DNA of 64,000 nucleotides from Octopus sinensis (lineage: Eukaryota). Below are positions 11,711 through 25,490 of the stretch, in pieces. Position numbers and translations under genes: made by a program. The notes under the pieces were generated by a model. The model worked only from the letters and a program-made list of their open reading frames with translations. It searched no databases and had not been told where the DNA came from. The stretch spans positions 4,154,001 through 4,218,000 of the forward strand of contig NC_043018.1 of NCBI RefSeq assembly GCF_006345805.1, written 5' to 3'. Each line of letters opens with the position of its first letter. Within the stretch, counting starts at the first letter, position 1.

Positions 11711-12045
11711 TCTTTTATCTTTTACTTGTTTCACTCATTAGACTGTGGCCATGCTAGGGCACTGCCTTGAAGAATTTTAATCAAACTCATTGACCTCAGT
11801 ACTTATTTTTCTCAGTACTTATTCTATCAGTCTCTTTTGCCAAACTGCTAAGTTACAGTTACATAAACACACTGACACACATTGTCAAGGGGTGGTAGGG
11901 AACAAACACTTACACACAGATATACTAAATTTCATCGATAAACACTTTTGGTCAGCTTAGGACTCAAAGTGTAACAAAGTGAGATGGAATCTCAAACCTT
12001 GTAGTTGCAAAGCAAACTTCTCCAACAACCGAATGGTCATGCCTC
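11711..12045 (-). mobile_element. SINE family A copy (decayed)
   Basis: Tail and body align by eye to 4242-4674. Confidence 0.75.
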
Positions 12046-12377
12046 TATAATATTATTATTGCTAAGGCAGTAAACTGGCAGAATCATTTGCATGCTAGAC
12101 AAAATGCTTAGCAGTGTTTCTTCTGGCTCTGTAAGTTCTGAGTTCATATACTGCCTTATTCATCTTTGCTTTTCCTATTTTTGTGGGATCAATAAATGAG
12201 TACCAGTTGAGCAATGAGGTTGATGTAATCAACTTTTCCCTTCCCTCAAAATTACTGGTTCCTGTGCCAAAATTAGACAGAATTATTATATTTTTGGTTG
12301 TTAAATTGTTGTCTTTAGTCTTTGAGGAAAAAAGATGACTCTGTTTATGACTACATTTCATGTTTCTTCTTTTGCAG

Positions 12378-12479
12378 AAAACAAAGAAGATGGACTTGAG
12401 TGGTGTGGTTATTGTTGATACAGACAATAATACTGTAACACAAGACCTACAAGACGATGATAGTCTTCCAGATGAGATG
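12378..12479 (+). CDS. DENND1A: DENND1 exon: KTKKMDLSGVVIVDTDNNTVTQDLQDDDSLPDEM
   Basis: ttttgcag acceptor, gtatga donor, phase 0-0; corresponds to the VV.L..D.N...LP segment of DENND1. Confidence 0.88.
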
Positions 12480-12706
12480 GTATGAGTTTCAGCTTGGCTG
12501 TTTCCTGCTTTGGATTTAGATTATTCGTAGATGCAGTTGAATAATTATCAATTCTAATATCATAACATCTATAACTATATCAGTTATTCTCAATCTTTCT
12601 GGCTTTGTTACACACTGGAGATGGAACCAAAATTATTGGCTCAAAAATTATTAGGAGAGTTAAAAGAAAAAAAAATTGATGTTAAAAGAAAAAAAAAATT
12701 TTTATC

Positions 12707-13002
12707 ATTTTCTTGTTTCAGTCATTAGATTGCAGCCATGATGGGGCACCACCTTGAAGAATTTTAATAAAACCAATTGACCCCAGAACTTATTTTTTAA
12801 AAGCCTGGTACTTATTCTATCTGTTTCATTTGTCAAACTGATTAGTTACAGGGACATAAGCATGCTAACACACACATGGCTTCTTTCAGTCGTCTTCTGC
12901 CAAACCCACTCAAAAGGCTTTAGTCAGCCTGAGGCTATAGTAGAAGATACTTGTCCAAGGTGCCATACAGTGGGACAAGCTTCTTACCACTCAGCCATGC
13001 CA
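12707..13002 (-). mobile_element. SINE family A copy
   Basis: TTGTTTCAGTCATTAGATTGCAGCCATG tail; GGCTATAGTAGAAGATACTTGTCCAAGGTGCC core. Confidence 0.75.
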
Positions 13003-13604
13003 TGTTTTCATGATGTCCATAGGTTAATGTTATATATATATATAATAAAACTCTTGCTTACTTGGTTTTATTAATCATACTTGTGTATAACAAAATTATG
13101 AATGTCTGTTTCTGAAAACACTGAAGTATTAGTATGGAATTTCCTAAATCCTTACCTTCTAAAAATCCATGGTGCATCTAGATGCAGCTTGAGTCACCTT
13201 AGTGCATGACAGTGCATTATCTGAGAATTGCTGCTCTACAAATATGGTCTGTCTCCTGAAGGACAATCCTGAAATAATTTATTACTTAAAAAGTCAACAA
13301 TGTGTTTGCACCCTACATCTGAATGAGTGCAATGTGTAAAACACATTATGTGTTAGTACAGAATGAATTGTGAATTTTAGACAATGAATGTGTGTTTATT
13401 CAGAAATTGACACTTACAAGAGAAGTTGTTCTTTGTTTTGGTGGGTGTGGGGATGGGTTAAAATCAGAATGTCAAAAGTATGTAAGTGCCATCATCTGAA
13501 TTTACATACATCTACACTCTACTGTATGTTATTGAGTACTTTATACCTTGAATTTCTCTCCCAGTTTTTTAAACAGGAATCTGTGCGTATGTATATATAT
13601 GTAT

Positions 13605-13965
13605 ATCATCATCAGCAGCAGTTTTCCATACTGGCATGGGTTGGATGGTTTGACCGAAAGCTGGGGAAGTGCATTAGGTTTTAATCTGATTTTGCATGTC
13701 ATCCTACAGCTGGGTGCCCTTCCTAATGCTAACCACCCCAAGAGTGTAGTGGGTGCTTTGGGTGCCACATATGTGTGTGTGCATACATATACATAAAAGG
13801 CACTTTTATTGGTGACCTGTAAAGGCCACTCAGTGTACTCTTGTGGAGTGGTGGACATCCAGCTGTAGAAACTAAGCCAAAAGAGATTGGAGCCCAGTGC
13901 AGCTCTCCGGCTTACCAGCTCTAGTTTCACCCATGCTAGCATGGAAAACAGATGCTAAATGATGA
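13605..13965. mobile_element. Two RTE 3' UTR fragments joined head-to-head
   Basis: 13605-13765 on minus and ~13825-13965 on plus, each ending in an (ATG)n-type tail facing outward. Confidence 0.7.
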
Positions 13966-14213
13966 TACATGCACATGGGCATGTATGCACCCCCTCCCCA
14001 CCCCACATACACACACTTTTGAACACAGATAGCAGAGTTTATGTAGTTGATAAAGAGATATCTTTGTTATGTAACCAATAACATAATGTGAGATACTCAA
14101 ATTAGTGAATTTGTGACATCTGTTCTCTTTTTTTTGTTTCTTATAAGTAATCTGCTCAGAAACATGCTAAGTTTAAGAAGTGTATAAAAGCATTTTTTTG
14201 TTTCTATTCAAAG

Positions 14214-14322
14214 ACTTCAATTTTAAAGAAAATGCTTAAAAATGACAAGGTGAAGTCTTCAATGCAACTTGAAGGAGATGCTATATCACAAGCTTTCCTT
14301 ATGAGTTTAGTCCGGACCATTG
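14214..14322 (+). CDS. DENND1A: DENND1 exon: TSILKKMLKNDKVKSSMQLEGDAISQAFLMSLVRTI(G)
   Basis: ctattcaaag acceptor, gtgagt donor; GD...AFL motif at the start of the dDENN region; phase continues into the next exon. Confidence 0.85.
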
Positions 14323-15269
14323 GTGAGTCATTTATTAATTGTGGTTTTTCTTTCACATGTAATTTCTTTTGGGAGCTTAAAGACTACAACTTAATGTGTG
14401 GTACATACAAGGGGATGGGCAATGCAAATTTTGTATGTGACTGAGAAATGAAAGATGTAGCTCTTTAAGAAGGAACTAATTGTGCAGTTTGTATGAGAGG
14501 AATGGACTGTGCATTTCAGTTGTAATTGTTAGACCTTGTTCCAAGACTAATATGCTTATTATAAAAAATATTGGTATCATAGAACCATCGACTTCACAAC
14601 TGATCACCACCAGCAAAAATACAAAAACAGTGGGAATAAGTATAAATTAAGAGTTCTAGAATTCTCTTATTTTCACAGTACAATATTTTTTGTTTGTGTT
14701 TCGTAGATTTTGACCTGTGCCAGTTAGTTGTGTAAATATCTAAATGCTGACATCTTAAGAGAAAGAAAGAATAGTATAGTTTGTATTGGGGTAATGGATT
14801 ATACAGTTTTAGTAGAGGTAATTGGCTACATTTTATACAGGGAGTATGAACAGAGCAGTTATTTTAGAGAAAGCTCAGAGCAGATATTATAGGGAGTATG
14901 GACAGAGCAGTTTTATTAGTTACTATGGACTATGAAGCTTTCATAGGGAGTATGGAAATTTATACAGGACTACAATTTCATATGGACTGTGTGGTAGGGG
15001 ATGAGCAATTCAAATAATACACGAGAATAATTGGTGTACGTTTAAATGTACCTAAACTGTACTTGTCAAATTTAGTTGCAGGACTCATTCAATAGCCATG
15101 AACTCCATATTTCCATATCAAATACTGCTACAGTCCCTTACATTTGTGTTGATAGACAAAGTTGTACTCGTCCTTTCGTGTTGACGAGTTAAAACTTTTT
15201 CCCTATTATCTACCCACCTCATGTCTGAAATTGCATCCTATCTTCTGCTTTTATTTCTTGTCTTTCCAG

Positions 15270-15403
15270 GTGGCTATCGAGATGCTCTAAAATTCCAACC
15301 CAGTGAGAAGATCACATTTCAAAAAGATGCATTCTTATTGTCAAGACCCAGTAGCATGCGACCATTCTTAGAAGATCTACTTGAACTTCAGATTTTTCAT
15401 GAA
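15270..15403 (+). CDS. DENND1A: DENND1 exon: (G)GYRDALKFQPSEKITFQKDAFLLSRPSSMRPFLEDLLELQIFHE
   Basis: tctttccag acceptor, gtgagc donor; G.YR.AL...P.E.ITF...AF...MR.FL...QLF dDENN motif. Confidence 0.92.
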
Positions 15404-15944
15404 GTGAGCTGTTAATCTTTTAAATCTGTTAATCTTTTAAATGTGTCATTCAATTACAGCAATACTATTCAAGATTGAAATTGTTTTTGCAAACCATATT
15501 TTTTCTCCCAATCCATAATTTTGGTCTTCTTGTTGTGCATCTAGGGCAAATCAGCTTGGTGGATGATATCTTCTCTCAGTGAGTGCCATGGAAAGATTTA
15601 AATTTTAAGCTGTTAGCTAATTCAAGTAGCAAAATGGCAGACTTTAAAGTCTCACGTATAGTGCCTTATGGTAGTTATTCTGCCTCCTAAGTTGAAATCC
15701 TATCAAAATCACTTCCAGATTCAATTTCACAGCATGGTACTTTGGGCATGTGCCATGCAGTAGAATTGAACCTGAAACCACATTGTTCCAAATGCAAAAT
15801 TCAGATTTTCTGTAATCATCTTGCTCCATATACACACTAAAATGTTGCAAGTTGCTGCAGCTTTTATCATTTGAAATGCTAATTTAGCGAAACTATATAT
15901 CATGCATAACAATATATAATTATATATCACCTGCATATACACAA

Positions 15945-17131
15945 TCTACACACGAACGTTCATGCGTAGATCAAATCGCCACTCTTTGTATCATCTTAGA
16001 GTAAAGTGCAGGGTGGAATGCACCACTTTATAATTAACTTTATTGATTACGAAAAAGCATTTGATAGATAGGGAAGGCTTATGGAAAATTATGCAGCACT
16101 ACAGCATGCCAGACAAGTATATATCTATAATAAGAGCAACTTACCAAGGAATGTCATGCCAAATCTTGCATGGAAACGGAGCTATGGATAAATTTGAAGT
16201 AAAAACAGGAGTTCGACAGGGCTGTATACTTTCTCCTTTTTTATTTCTACTAGTTATAGATTGGATTATGAAGGAAACAACGATTGAAAGCCAAACAGGC
16301 ATTGAATGGACGGATGCAGAAGCTGTAGAAGATCTCGACTTTGCAGATGATATAGTGCTACTTTCACAAACATATAGCCAAATGCAAAATAAAACATCAA
16401 AATTCGAAGCAATAGCTGCCAAACTAGGATTGAAAGTCAGCCGCGACAAATCAAATATTATGTGCGTTAATGAAGAAAACAGCGAACGTATTAAACAAGA
16501 AACCGGTGAACTAGAGGATGTAGCCGAGTTTACGTATTTAGGTAGTAAGATAACGTTTTCAGGCAGCACTGATGAAGATATTAAGACGAGAATAAGTAAG
16601 GCAAGGACCGCTTTTCACCTGTTAAAAAAAGTATGGAGTGCAAGTGTAATTTCAATAAAGAACAAAATAAGAATTTTTAACACTAACGTAAAAGCAGTGT
16701 TTATTGTATGGGGCTGAGACATGATGAACAACAGTTAAGTCAAATAAGCAAATAGAATCATTCATCAACAGATGCTTGTGTAGTATACTTAAAATTAGAT
16801 GGCTCCAACACATAAGCAATATGGAGCTATGGCAAAGAACAAATCAAGTTTCGATTAGGGAGCAAATATTTAGGAAAAAGTGGAAGTGGATTGGTAGCAC
16901 AATCAGAAAAGACACACCAAATGTAGCGAAAAATGCTTTACAGTGGAAACTGGTTGGATATAGAAAGAGAGGTAGGCCTAAGAACTCGTGGCGTAGATCA
17001 ACACAGAAGGAGCTGGAGAAAGGGGGACATTCATGGCAGAGTATAAGTACAGAAGCCAAAAATTATGCGACATGGAATTCAATTATAAGTGGCCTATACT
17101 CTGTGTTGGAGGGTTAAAGGCAGAAAGAAGA
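15945..17131 (+). mobile_element. RTE-BovB/SR2-like LINE, 5'-truncated, with ~10-bp TSD
   Basis: ORF 16043-16717: GVRQGCILSP.LF, DLDFADD, FTYLGS; C-terminal KRGRPKNSWRR; ATATACACAA at 15935-15944 and 17132-17141. Confidence 0.88.
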
Positions 17132-17269
17132 ATATACACAAACCTAGCAACCCTGTCCACCTTATCTGCGTGACATTGCCCCACTGAACTCATCTCAAAA
17201 TACCTTGACCTTGTCCTCTTACTCCTAGTGGCTTCCTTCCTGTCACATGTTCATAACACTAACCATGTT

Positions 17270-20130
17270 CTTTCATCATCACCATCATCGTTTAACGCCC
17301 GTTTTCCGCGCTAGCACGGGTTGGACGGTTCGACCGGGGTCTGGGAAGCCAGGGGCTGCACCAGGCTCTAGTCTGATCTGGCAGAGTTTCTACAGCTGGA
17401 TGCCCTTCCTAATGCCAACCACTCCGCAAGTGTAGTGGGTGCTTTTTACGTGCCAGGGGAGTCCGGCATCGGCCATGATCGGTTGGTGCTTTTAACGTGC
17501 CACCGGCACGGAAGCCAGCCAAGGCGGTGCTGGCATCGGCCACGTTCGGATGGTGCTTTTTATGTGCCACCGGCACTGGAGCCAGTCGAGGCAGCGCTGC
17601 CATCGGCCACGTTCAGATGGTGCTTTTTATGTGCCAATGGCACAGAAGCCAGTCGAGGCGGCGCTGGCAAGGGCCATGTTCGGATGGTGCTTTTTATGTG
17701 CCACCGGCACAGGTATCACAACTACTATTTCCATTGATATTTACTTCGATGTTCATGTACTTGACTCAACAGGTCTCCTCAAGCACAGCGGGATGTTCTG
17801 GAATCCAAGGTACTTTGAATGGGCAGGGGCTATGCGGAACTGGTGCAGGAAGCAGCCCAGGTCTTTGCAGTCACAGCATATCTCCAGAGATCTTGGTCCT
17901 TCGCCATCGCCTCAGTGAGGCCCAACGCTCTGAGGTCATGCTTGACTACCTCATCCCATGTCTTCCTGGGTCTACCTCTCCCCCTGATACCTTCAACTGT
18001 TTGGGAGTGGCACTTCTTCACACATCTCTCCTCATCCATCTGCAGTACATGACCATACCATTGCAAGCGTCACTCTTGCACACCACATCTGATGCTTCTT
18101 ATGTCTAGCATTTCTCTCAGGGTGCTTACCCTCTGTCGTGCGCGCACACTGACATTACACATCCAGCAGATCATGCTAGCTTCATTCCTTTCAAGTCTAC
18201 GCATGTCCTCTGCAGTCACAGCCCATGTTTCACTACCGTGAAGCATGACAGTTCGCACACATGCGTCATACAATCTACCTTTCACTTTGAGCGAGAGACC
18301 CTTTGTCGCCAGTAGGGGTAGGAGCTTTCTGAACTTTGCCCAGGCTATTCGTATTCTAGTGGTGACACTCTCTGAGCATCCACCTCCACTACTAACTTGG
18401 TCACCCAGGTAGCGGAAACTATCAACTACTTCTAGTTTCTCCCCCTGGAGTGTGATAAAATCTGTTTTCTGAGTATCTGTGGTGTCTATTGTCACTGTGC
18501 ATCTGCTGCACATGAAAGCTATCTTATCAGTTAATTTCCCTTTGATGTTGCTGCACCTCTTATGCGTCCATAACTTACACTGGGTGCATCTTATGGAGTT
18601 TCTACCTGCACCTTTCCTACAGATTGAGCAGGGCCACTTACTCGAGGGTGTGTGTGCTGAGTTCGCCTTTCTGCTTACTATAACTTTGGTCTTTGCTGCA
18701 TTTACTCTAAGGCCCTTTGATTCTAACCCTTGCTTCCACACCCGAAATTTCTTTTCTAGTTCCGGTAATGATTCTGCTATGAGAGCCAGGTCATCAGCAT
18801 AGAGGAGCTCCCAGAGGCATCCTGTTTTGAATTCCTCTGTTATTTCCTGGGGACTATCTCTTATTATAAAAGGCAGATTTTATCTGCCTCCCTTTGTATC
18901 TTATAGAAATCTACAATATAGGATTTCTTCAATTACAATTTACCTAGCATTTTTAAGAGTAGAATGCATCGGGTCGTGCCAGGTCCAGTTTTTAAAATTT
19001 CAACCCCAATTATGCAAAATTTAGAGAAAACTCACATTGTGGTGTCTGAGTCAAGTGCTTTTCTTAGTGTGGGCTATAGCATACGTACACACACAAAAAG
19101 GGAGCGATCTGATTCACTCATGCTATCACTCCAATTTCTACGACTTTCTCTTTGCAAGTTTGCAACGATTAAAGTGAAACTAATTCGATAAAACGAGAGA
19201 AGTGTACCTTAAACCACTACTAAAAAAAAAAAACAGCAAACAGAAACAAATAAATACATAACGATTTACTCCTCACACAATTTCTTCAATTAGAGTTTAC
19301 CCATGATTTTACGATAGAATTTGTTATTCTATAACAACTATAACTTTTTTATTTATCAATATATTAACGTGAATTTTGGAAGATAATTTAATGAAATGTT
19401 CTCAACCAATTCTATACTATAATTTTTGTCACAAAGTGACTCTAATTGCAGGTAGATATAGGTAAATTCAACAATATATAAAATTATTAAAATTTTGTTC
19501 AAACATCGCTATAGAAAATGGGTTATTAGCTAATATTCAATTGGGTATACAACAAAATTTTACGATAGAATTTGTTATTCTGGGTAACTTTCTGATACCC
19601 ATAATAATATTTATGGCAAAATAGGCCTTAATTTCATTTAAGGTTGTGGGAAATAACAAACTATCCTTTCTTTCGCTTTGTTTACATTGAGCGTAACAGT
19701 TCGTTTCCGCTGTTTCCGCATCTCATCTAAGCAAATTCTCTCCCTAATGAGATGGGTTATGAACCTCTCTCTGACCTTCATCACCTGATCCAACAGTTTA
19801 ATACCCCTGTAGTTATTTCTATCTAGAGCATCACCCTTACCCTTGTAGCAGTTGACTATGGTGCTGCTACGCCAGTCATTGGTTATGACTCCATTATGAA
19901 CTACCTGGTTTACAATGCGTGTAACTAGGCCATAGCCTACATAGCCAGATGTTTTAAGCATCTCAGCAGTGATTCCAGATGGGCCGGGGACTTTACCTTA
20001 ACTACAAGGGAGCTATCTATTCGGATAGCTGGTCCTTCTACTGGGTCAACATTTGGCAGGCTCTCCTCCTCCAATTCATTCTCCACATTCAGCAGTTTTT
20101 CATAATGGCTTCTCCAAGCCTCTCTCATTA
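17270..20130 (-). mobile_element. RTE LINE (second subfamily), split by an insertion at 18859-19700
   Basis: 3' tail CATCATCACC at 17274, tandem array 17430-17710, PHD/RT ORF 18070-18741, RT start 19700-20128. Confidence 0.88.
18859..19200 (+). mobile_element. Possible non-autonomous Helitron 5' part
   Basis: Starts after a host A with TCTCTTATTATAAAAGGCAGATTT and a terminal hairpin AGGCAGA/TCTGCCT; no CTRR 3' end found. Confidence 0.35.
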
Positions 20131-20149
20131 ATTTGTTCTCCTTTCCTCC

Positions 20150-20850
20150 TGCCCCTCCAAACTCCTGTTCACTCTTGACATTAAGTCCTTATACACTGTG
20201 ACCCCTTACAATGAAGGCCTCCTTGCATTAAAATACTTTCTTGATCCTCAACCTGATGCCTCTACCCTCCTCATTTGGATGAATTTGTCTTCTTAAATTG
20301 CTTCTCATTTGCAGGAGAAATTTACCATCATGTCTTGGGAATGGTCATAGGAACAAGAATGAACCCCATCTATGCAAACATGTTTGTCAGTTATGTTGAG
20401 GCCCAAATATTCACTCCTGAGCTGTATGGGTGTTACACCGATGACTGCATCGGTGCAACCTCACTTTTCTGCTAACATTTCGAAACCTTCCTCTCTTTCA
20501 TTCAGTCCTTCCATCCTGCCATCAGATTCTCCTGTTCTGTCTCTAACACATCTGTCCCCACATTCTGTTACCGTCCACCTTTCTTACCACCTCCATCCTC
20601 TATATACCCAGACCCACACTCTTATCTCAGCTTCTCACACGAAACTGTTCATCGCTTACTCTCAGTTACTCTGTCTCTGCCACTCTGTAGTGACAACCAT
20701 GACTTCAAGACCCAGTCCCAACTCATGGCTTGTCAATTCACCCAATAGGGATCCCTCCCCAACCCCACTGTTATCCAAACCATCCTTGCCCATGCCCAAT
20801 CTGTTGTCCATGCATCCACGCTATCTCTCTCTCCCCACCCTTACCTTTGA
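20150..20850 (+). mobile_element. Decayed Neptune-type PLE RT fragment
   Basis: LDIKSLYT, NCFSF.GEIYH...GM..GTRM.P.YANMF, YTDD; later YSQL..L....D.HDF.TQSQLMA as in 31500-31600. Confidence 0.75.
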
Positions 20851-21331
20851 TTCATAAACAGTTAAAATACAATCATACACAATAATTTTGCCTATTCTTT
20901 CTATTCTGAGAGTCTTTGATTCATCATTGTCATTATCATCAAAGTTTTAAAGTACATCTTTCCATGCTTATGTGAGTCAGTTGAATCTCTATTGAGGTGA
21001 ATTTTTTATAACCAGACACTCTTCCTGTCACCAACCCTTGCTTCAAGCAAGGTGACACTTGACCAAAGTGCTGTACATTGGAACTGAACCCGAAATCACT
21101 TGATTTCAAAGTGAACCTCTTAACCACACAACCATGAATTCACTGAGCCTTGCCCTGTAGCAGTGTGCTGTAGGACTGAACCCAAAACCATATTGTTGTG
21201 AAGCAAACTTATTAACAACACAACCATTGCAAATATCTTAACTAGTGATTAAGACCTTAGTATTAATTTAATCTTTAATATTAATCAATTAATTACTGAT
21301 GCAATTATGGTGGCTTTTTTTCATTTTCCAG

Positions 21332-21463
21332 TTTATTAACGAGCGATTAGATATGTTGAACTGTGGCATTGGTTTTACTGATGTGTTTGAAAGAGAAGCC
21401 ACTCTCCATGCGGATAAATTGAATGCACATTCAAGATATAAAGAATGGTTAAGCAATATGAAG
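21332..21463 (+). CDS. DENND1A: DENND1 exon: FINERLDMLNCGIGFTDVFEREATLHADKLNAHSRYKEWLSNMK
   Basis: ttttccag acceptor, gtaagt donor; FI..RLD.LN.G.GF.DVFE motif of DENND1. Confidence 0.92.
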
Positions 21464-21557
21464 GTAAGTCAGACCTACCCCTGTTATCATCTACCTATCT
21501 GCTTGCCTGCTGTTATCTACTCACCTGTTATTCAAACCAACATGAGAACCTCTAAAT

Positions 21558-24500
21558 CATAGCTTCCCAAAGTGGCCAATATCGCCCACCAGTGAGTGAT
21601 GGGCGAATTTCTAGAAAATGGTGGGTGATATGAGCATTTTGTGGGTGACAATGAACTTTTAGAAATTAAGTCTGCATTTACTGATTTCTAGGCATGCCTA
21701 GAATAAGGATGAACTTTTATGGATATGACTACTCGCATGAAATGTCCCTTTGTATTAAAAAAGCAGACTTGTTTATTGCTCGAATATTTTTGTCACAGTC
21801 ATTGAAATGGTTGTCATTTGTGCTAAAAATAGCAGCCAAATAGGCCTAGGCCTTAAATCACACTTCACTACAAAGTTGTTTTTTTTGTGTGCATAATCGT
21901 ATGAAATCCTGCATACAGGATTCAAACTCACAGAAATTTTCTGAAAACTCTGAAAAATAAAAAAAGTTATAAGGGGTTATATGTTGTGCAGAATTCTGTG
22001 GTTTCATATCAAAACACAACTGCTATTTTCAGGATGTTGACAAAATGTGCAGTCACACACAAAATGACAGCTTTGAAATTGTGTTTCTTGACTGGGTGAA
22101 AATGATCAAACTTTAAACCTCTTTAACTTTTTAAAAACATTTTTCAGGAAAAAGTTGAATAACTCCAGCAATTTAGCTTGGAAAGGTAATATTAATGTGC
22201 CAAATTCTAAAATTTTCAATAAACTTTAATTTTTGAAATGCTGGCAGCCAAACAAACTAGATCTGTATTTGCTTCTGTAAAGATGTGTCATCTGACTCTG
22301 CTCTGTTGACTTCTTCTCTTTGGAAATACCATTCTGCCTTTCTGATGCCATCTGTAGAAATTCGTTTTCACATTTTCAGTTTACTGATGCCTCCAGTCAA
22401 GAAAATTTGTCAACAGTACAGTAGTGATTATTTATCGTTTGGATTTATTCCCTCTCCTCAGAACTGTCAGTTACCTATGTGCCATCAATCTTTGCCATCA
22501 AACATTGACTAACAAAGCCTTCATGCTTAAAGTATTACTTTGATGCAAAGCATTCTGACAAGAAGGACAAGCCGTTAGCATACTTTTTGCAACTGAGCTC
22601 CTCTTTCAAAAAGCAAACACTAACATTCATCACGCTGCTCCAGGAAACTAGTAAACGGGACAATGATGGGTTGATTGCATCGTACAACATTGCATTGCTT
22701 GTTGCTAAGCCTGGGAAGTCTCACACAATTGGAGAAACATTACTTCGCCCAGTTATCGAGGAGGTTTTGTCAAACATTATGCACATAAAACCCAATAACA
22801 TTATGAAGAAGATCCTACTTAATAATATCACAATTTCTCGATGCATCAATGAAATGGTCAATGATGTCAAACATCAGCTCATTAATATTCTCCAGCGTTC
22901 TGAGTTTTCTATACAAGTGGATGAGTCAACTGCTGTGGACAATCAATGTTTGATGATAGTATATGTTCGATATTTCAGTGAAGACCTTCAACCTTGTGAG
23001 GAAATGCTGTTTACAGACAAATTGCTGCTTGATTCAAAAGGTGTGACTATTTTCACACTCAAGTCTTTCCTTTTTGAACATAATATCCCAGTCAGTAATA
23101 TTCTTGCCTGTGCATCTGATGGAACTCCTTCAATGATAGGAAGATACAGAGGTTTTTCATCTCTCCTAAAGCATGAAATTTCACTCTAGATACTAACTGC
23201 TCATTGCTTGGCACACCAGCAGCATTTAGGGGCAAAAAATATGAATGGTACATTGAATGATGCGCTACAGTTAGTTATGAAGACTGTGAACAAATTGGAG
23301 TCCAGTCCTTTGACTGATCAAATTTTCTGTCAAGTCTGTCTGAGAAATGAGGACCATACGAAACTCTTATACCAGAACAAAGTGTGGTGGCTGTCAAAAG
23401 GAAACTGTTTTACGCTTTATTGAACTGGTTCATAGAATATCTTTTTCTTTGAAGATACTCCACTATCCACGTCATTGATGGTTGTAAAGTGTGATTTTAT
23501 TTTTCTTTGTGATATATTCACAAAATTAAATGATTTGAATAAGTTGTTACAAGGAAACAGAAAATCTCTGATTGATTGTAAATCATTTATCACTACCTCA
23601 ATTTTGAAACTGGTGTTGTTTAAGACTAACATTTCAAAACATCAATTCCATCAATTTCTACAACTTGATTCTTTGAAAGATGAATAGGTTGATGAGGTTT
23701 TAACTACATATCGCAGCCATTTACAATCATTGCACAATAACATGGTGGAATGATTTCAAGATGTTATTGCGCTGAATATTCCAAATTGGTATATTGAGGT
23801 CAATGCAGTTGATTGTGAGGATGATGTTCAGGTGGAATTGATAGAATTACAAAATAATAATGACACCACAATACGATATCGCCAGAATGGCAAAGAAAGT
23901 TTGTGGTACCATCAGAGTATATTGAATTCTTACCCCAGTCTGTGGAAACATTTGGAATTACTTTTGCTTGCCTTTCTTACCTCATACCCAGTTGAATCTG
24001 GTTTTAACCATGTTGGAACTTTATTTTCCCATAAAAGAATTGGACTGGATGTGACACATTGAGGAGACTTGCGGTTAAAGTCAACAAGTTTGAAACCAAA
24101 TTTATCTGCACATGCTGCATCACACCAGATCCAGGGTTCTCATTAAAAAGTTTTATTCTTTTCCTTTATAATACAATCATAAATTATTTTTGCATCGGTC
24201 GTTCTGATCAAGGGTTCATTTGGGGAAAATGAAAATCAGTGTAAAGCAAAGTGCAAGTTTCCAGAAGTTAATCTGTTTGAAAAATATAAAATTAACGTTA
24301 GAATTTTATTGACACTAATGGCAAAACTAAACCCACAATAAGGGATTTGTAAACAACCGCATATTAGTCCAAATGGCACTAACAGGGCAACGAGTTTACG
24401 ATATAGTGTATGTGTCAAATGATACAGGGTTGGGGTCCTAGGGGATTTTGTGTTGGGTGGGGTTGTGTCAGGGTTTTTTACACAGGTGGGCGATGGAGCA

Positions 24501-24559
24501 GTTTTTAGCCTATAGGTGAGTGATATTGCAATTTGGTGCAAAAAGTTTGGGAAGCACTG
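21558..24559 (+). mobile_element. Decayed hAT DNA transposon of Buster/Charlie (ZBED5/ZBED8/SCAND3-like) type
   Basis: QYSSDYLSFGFI BED-finger region, SYNIALLVAK.GKSHTIGE.L, FSIQVDEST, DGTPSMIGR, HC.AH, W.SKG, Y.VESGF, RGDLRL; imperfect TIRs CATAGCTTCCCAAAG (21558) and GTTTGGGAAGCACTG (24545); TSD not matched. Confidence 0.85.
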
Positions 24560-25169
24560 CAATGGTTGTACAGCTGCTAGAAGTAGCAACCGAATCCTTC
24601 GTCAAAAGATAGTCTATCATCTTAAGGAAAAGGACATATTGGATTATGTAGTACAAGATACATTGTATGTAAAAAAAATAAAATAGATAATGTTAGTCAC
24701 AGCTGGAATGTCTTTGATATCAAGCTTAATCTGTGCTAAGTAACAACAGCTATCCATTGTTTTGATGTTTAACATAAATGTATTCAGTTTAAAGAAATAC
24801 GATTGGCTGATTGGTTCACTTTGAAATATTTGTTTGTTTTTCTGTGCTGGTATGGGTTAGGTGAAACTTCTTGTAGGCATTGATTTATGATTATTTTAAG
24901 CCTGTATTTCCTGTCACCAATCCTTACCTTTCAGACTAGGTTTTCTTTCTGTTTTATTCCATCTCTCTCCAAAAGCATAGAGCTTCAGAATTAATTATTT
25001 ACAGGGAATGTAAATTTGGTGTCCATTTTGCTCAGGCATTGCCATGTGAAGACTTGAAATGTCACCATTTATGTACATACACGTATACCCACACATATGT
25101 GTGCATACACATATACTCACCCATAAGACAGGCTTCCACACAATTTCCATCTAATGATTTCACTTAGAA

Positions 25170-25490
25170 GATATTGATCAATCTGAGTAAACAGAGTAAA
25201 GACTCCTTCCAGTTATGAATGACCATGGGATTGCACCCCCAAAGTTACCCTCTGAGGCACAAGTCCAAATAATTTTGTTTATGGAAGACTGGTAGTTGCC
25301 CATGCATACCAGCCTCCACACCACTGATGTTATCCAAGAGAAAGGCAAAGTTGATACAGTTTGGCACCAGTGATATCGCAACTCATTTCTGCAGCTGAGT
25401 GAACTGAAGCAACATGAAATAAAGTATCTTACTCAAGAATTCAATCCACAGCTCGGTCCAGGAATTGAACTCACTACCTCATGATAGTGA
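25170..25490 (-). mobile_element. SINE family B copy
   Basis: Reverse complement aligns by eye to 44106-44445. Confidence 0.8.

Noticed and set aside
22390-24145. Domesticated ZBED/SCAND3-like host gene
   Set aside because: Multiple stops and frameshifts, and TIR remnants flank it.
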